Assembly: GCF_009914755.1 (NCBI RefSeq)
Contig: NC_060930.1
Source: the human T2T-CHM13v2.0 reference genome, Homo sapiens
Length of the DNA: 64,000 nt
Direction: 5' to 3' (one strand)
Positions 59,051-64,000 of this stretch are shown here, in pieces. Both the position numbers and the translations under genes were made by a program. Positions within the stretch are counted from its first letter, which is position 1, and each line of letters begins with the position of its first letter. The notes under the pieces were generated by a model, which was not told the origin of the DNA, did not search any database, and was given only the letters and a program-made list of their open reading frames with translations.

Positions 59051-59145
59051 GGAGCTGCGGTGGCTCAGGCCAGTTGTCCTGGAGCATAAGGAGGCGAGGC
59101 TACACATTCAAGGCCAACCTGGGCAACATAAAAACCTCTCATCCA
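59051..59145 (+). ncRNA. Retrocopy of a snaR-lineage small RNA (ASR/CAS-like, derived from an internally deleted Alu left monomer)
   Basis: GGAGCTGCGGTGGCTCAGGCCAGTTG...GGAGGCG...ATTCAAGGCCAACCTGGGCAACAT; Pol III A/B box-like motifs; exact TSD TTAAAAGCTTCA at 59039-59050 and 59146-59157. Confidence 0.75.
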
Positions 59146-59489
59146 TTAAAAGCTTCAAAAATTGCCACAATCTAGAACACTGTAAGATTGTTATATTTTC
59201 TGCATGAGAGAATTTTAAAATATTATTTCTGAAATATTGTCTTTATATATTTGAGAGTGATCTAAAGAGTTAATAACCTCCAAATCTGCATCCTCACTGA
59301 AGATAAAATAAAATGAAATGTGCCTTTACTGAAGCAGAGGAGATTCGGGAAAAATTCAATCAAAACCTTCCCAAGTTAGGGATTTCTACTCACATTTACT
59401 TAGAACTTCAAGGAGGAAAGTTTTTGAAAATGATATAGGCCTTCCAATATATAGTTGGAACCTTTTTATGATTCTATTATTTAAAAAAA

Positions 59490-62400
59490 TTTGCTATTTT
59501 AAAAAATGTTTGTGGGAACATACTAGATGTATATATTTATGAGGTACATGAGATATTTTTATACAGGCATGTAATGTGAAATAAGCACATCATGGAGAAT
59601 GGGGTACCCATCCCCTCATGCTTTTATCCTTTGAGTTACAAACAATCTAATTACATTCTTTAAGTTATTTAAAAATATACAATTAAGTTATTGTCACTGT
59701 AGTTTTTTGAGAAGCCTCCAAACTGCTGTCCATAGTGGTTGTACTAAGTTACATTTTCACCAGCAGTGTACAAGAGTTATCTTTTCTCCACAACCTTGCA
59801 AGCATTTGTTACGGCCTGGCTTTTGGATACAAATCATTTTAACTGGGGTGAGATGATATCTCATTGGAGTTTTGATTTGCATTTCTCTGATGATTAATAA
59901 TGTTGAACACCTTTTGATACTCTTGTTTGCCATTTCTATTTCTTCTTTTGAGAAATGTCTATGCAAATCTTTTGCATAATTTTTTATTAGATTATTAGAT
60001 TTTTTCCTATAGGCTTATTTGAGCTCCTTATATATTCCGGTTATTCATCCTTGTCAGATGGGTAGTTTTCAAACATGTTCTCACGTTCTGTGGGGTGTCT
60101 CTTCACTTTGTTGATTGTATTCTTTGCTATTAAGAAGCTTTTTAAATCGATGTGATTCCATTTGTCCATTTTTGCTTTGGTTGCCTATGCTTGTAGGGTA
60201 TTGCTCAAGAAATTTTTTCCCAGACCAATGGCTTGGAGTTTCCCCAAGGTTTTCTGGTAGTAGTTTCATAGTTCGAGGTCTTGGATTTAAGTCTTTAATT
60301 CATCTTTATTTGATTTTTGTGTATGGTGAGAGCCAAATATCTAGTTTCATTCTTTTGCATATAGATATCCAGTTTTCCCAGCATCATTTATTGAAGTCTT
60401 TTGCCCCATTGTATGTTTCTGACATCCTTGTCAAAAGTGAGTTTACTGTGGGGGTGTGGATTTGATTTTGTGTTCTCTATTCTTTTCCATTGGTCTATGT
60501 GTCTGTTTTTATGCCAGTACCATGCTATTCTTGTTACTAAAGTTGTGTAGTAAAATTTGAAATCAGGTAATGTGATTCCTACAGTTTTGTTCTATTTGCT
60601 TAAAGTAGCTTTGGTTATTCTGGGTCTTTTGTGGTTCCATATAAATTTTAGGATTGTTTTTTCTATTTCTATGAAGAATGTCATTGTTATTTTGATAGGG
60701 ATTGCATTAAACCTATATATTGCTTTGAGTAGTATGAATATTTTAACAATATTGATTCTATCAATCCATGAACATGAAATATTTTTCCATTATTTTGTTT
60801 CCTGTTCAATTTCTTTCATTAGTGTTGTATAGTTTTCATTATAAAATTATTTCACTACTTTGGTTAAATTAATTCCTAGGTATTTAATTTTATTTCTGGC
60901 TATTATAAATGGGACTATGTTTTTATACTTCATGCTGTTGATATGATAGATCATGTTGATTGATTTGTGTATGTTGAACCATCCTTGCATCACAGGGATA
61001 AATACCACTTGGTCACGATGAATGATCTTTCTAATGTATTGCTGAATTTGGCTTACTAGTATTTTGTTGAGCATTTTTGCATCAATATTTATCAGAGGTA
61101 GTTTTCTTTTTTTGATACAGTTTTGCCAGGTTTTGGTATCAGGGTAATAACGTTCCTCGGAGAATGAATTTGGGAGCACTCTCTCCTCTTCTATTTTTTG
61201 GAATGGTTTGAGTAGAATTTATATTAGTTCTTCAAATGTTTGGTAGAATTCAGCAGAATTCAGATGAAGCCATCTGGTCCTAGGCTTTTCTTTATGGGGA
61301 GGGATTTTATTATGGCTTAGATCTCATTACTTGTCATCAGTCTGTTCAGGGTTTGGATTTCTTCCTGTTTCAATCTTGGTAGGTTGTGTATGTCTAGGAA
61401 TTCATTTATTTCTTCTAGATTTTCCAGCTTATTGGTATATAGGTGCTCATAGTAGCCACTAATGATCCTTTTAATTTCTGCAGTATCAGTAGTGATGTCT
61501 CCATTTTCATTTCTGATTTTATTAATTTGTATCTTCTCTCTTTTTTCTTAGTCTGGCTAAAGATTTGTCAATTTAATTTAACTTTTCAAATAACCTACTT
61601 TTTGTTTAATTGACTTTGGAATTTTTTTTCAATTCTATTTATTTCTGCTACAATATTTATCATTTATTTTCTTCTACTAATTTTGGGTTTGATTTGCTCT
61701 TGCTTTTCTAATTCTTTAAGATGCATTGTTAGACTATATATTTGAGGTTTTTTTCTCTTTGTTGATGTAGGCACTTAATAGCTATCGGACTTCCATCTTA
61801 GCATCGCTTTTGCTGTATCCCAGAGGTTTTGGTATGTTGTGTTCCATCATAATTTGTTTTAAGAAATATTTCAATTTTCTTCTTAGTTTCTTCACTGACC
61901 CACTGGTCATTCAGGAGCATATTATTTAATTTTTGTATATTTGTATAGTTTTCAAAATTCATGTTGTTATTAATTTCTAGTTTTATTCCATTGTGGTCAG
62001 AGAAGATACTTAATATCATTTCAGTTTTTTGAATGTTTTAATCCTTTTTTTTGTGAACATATTGTTTATACTTGAGAATAATCCAGGTGCTGAGAAGAAT
62101 GTGTATTCTGCAGCTCTTGGATGCAATGTTCTGTAAATATCTATTAGATTCATTTGGTCTATAGTGAAGATTACATCTGATGTTTCTTTGTTGATTTTCT
62201 GTCTGGAAGATCTGTCCAAGATGCTGAAAATAGGGTGTGAAGTCTCCAGCTATTATTGTATTGGGGCCTATCTCCTTCTTTAGCTCTGATAATATTTGCT
62301 TTATACATCTGAATGCTCCAGTGTTGAGCACTTATATATTTAAAACTGTTATATCCTCTTGATAAATTGATTTCTTATCATTACATAGTTACCTTCTTTG

Positions 62401-63858
62401 TTCTCTTACAGCTTTTGTCTTGAAATTTATTTCTGATGTAAGTACAGCAACTTCTGCTTTTTTGTTTTCCATTGGCATGGAATATCTTTTTCCATCTCTT
62501 TATTTTCTATGTATGTATTTGTAGGTGAAATGTGTTTCTTATAGACAGATTAATGAGACTTGTTTTTTCATCCATTCAGTTACTCTATATCTTTTGATTG
62601 GAGATTTTAGTCCAACTACCTCAATGTTATTACTGAAAAGTAAGGACTTACTCCTGCCATTTTATTATTCTTTTTCTGGTTGTTCTGTGGTCCTCTCTTC
62701 TTTCTCTCTTTCCTGTCTTCCTCTAGTGAAGGTGATTTCCTTTTTGTACTTGGATATTGATATATTTCTGTAGGTTTCAGAAGTTGCCTGTTATTATTCC
62801 TTTGAATAAATTTGCTCCCTCTATTTATTTATCTACCTCTTCTTTAAGGCCAATAATTCTTAGATTTTCCCTTATGAAACTATTTTCTAAATCCTGTAGG
62901 CATGCTTCATTTTGTTATTCTTTTTTCTTTTGCCTTTTCTGACTAGGTATTTTCAAATAGCCTGTCTTCAAGCTCACTAGTTCTTGCTTCTGCTTAATTC
63001 TGCTGTTAAAGGAACTTGATGCATTCTTCATTATGCCAACTGCATTTTTTAACTCCAGAATTTCTGCTTGATTCTCTTTAATTATTTTAATCTGTTTGTC
63101 TGATAGAATTTTGAATTTCATCTCTGTGTTATCATGAATTTTCTTTGAGTTTCCTCAACCTACCTATTTTGAATTCTCTGTCTGAAAGATCACATATCTC
63201 TGTTTCTCCAGGATTTGTCCCTGGAAACTTATTTAGTGTTCATTTGGTGAGATTAAGTTTTCCTGGATGGTGTTGATGCTAGCAGATGTTCTTCAGTGTC
63301 TGGGCATTGAAGGATTAGGTATTTATTGTAGTCTTCACTGTCTGGGCTTATTTGTACTCATCCTTCTTGGGAAGGTTTTCCAGATATTTGAAAGGACTTG
63401 GGTGTTGTGATCTAAGCTGTATCTGCTTTAGGGGGGAACCCACATCCAGTAACTCTGTGGTTCTTGCAGACTCATAAAGGCAACCCCTTGATGGTCTTGA
63501 ATGAGATCTGAGAGAATTCTCTGGATTACCAGGCAAAGACTCTTGCCTTCTTCCTTTCTTCCAAATATATGGAGTCCCTGCCTCTGCTCTAGCCACCTAA
63601 TGCTGAGGACTGGAGTGACACAAGCCCCCTTGTGGCCATCATTAATGTAATTTCACTGGGCCAGATCTGAAGCTAGCACAGCACTGAGTCTGGCTGAAGG
63701 CTTGCTGTAGCCACTCCCTGATTACTGCCTATGTTTCCTGAAAGCACTTGGGCTCTCTAATCTGCTGGTGGAAAAACCAACCAGGCTTATGTCCTTCCAT
63801 TCAGGGTAGCAAGGTCCCCCAGACCCCCAGTGGGTCCAGAGGTATCATCCTGGAGTCT
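59490..63858 (-). mobile_element. L1MA1/2-type LINE-1, 3' end through part of the 5' UTR, with internal deletions at ~59700, ~60920 and ~62745
   Basis: 3' end 'tttgtgggaacatactag...gtgaaataagcacatcatggagaatgggg'; ORF2 remnants 59757-59966, 60847-61179, 61798-62331; ORF1 remnant 62915-63121. Confidence 0.93.
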
Positions 63859-64000
63859 GCCCTTTTTTAAATTAAAAATAAGCAATCAAGAACAGCAACA
63901 ACAAAAAATTGCCAGAGTAAACATCATCTTTATCTTAAGCAATGTCAGAGTGGAACTTAAAACTTAGAAACTGGAACTTAGAATGCCTTATTGAAAGAAG

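Overview
This is AT-rich primate (human-like) genomic DNA. It looks intergenic or deep intronic, and I recognise no host protein-coding gene, rRNA or tRNA gene, or CRISPR array. More than half of the window is interspersed repeat: about 12 Alus (most with visible target-site duplications, TSDs), five large decayed L1s of L1PB/L1MA age, a complete two-LTR THE1 (MaLR) provirus, solo MER4-group and LTR8-type LTRs, and MLT1, LTR16, LTR33, MIR and L2 relics. The ORFs in the supplied track are explained by these repeats or by chance. Four things stand out. (1) A TSD-flanked ~95-bp retrocopy of a snaR-lineage (ASR/CAS-like) Pol III small RNA at 59051-59145. (2) A probable orphan retrocopy of an mRNA 3' UTR at ~21947-22379. 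(3) Two inverted L1MA copies (49.5-52.5 kb and 59.5-63.9 kb) that share several apparently private variants, suggesting inverted duplication or gene conversion. (4) Several local templated insertions and duplications. Subfamily names come from recalled consensus sequences, and the boundaries of old repeats are approximate.
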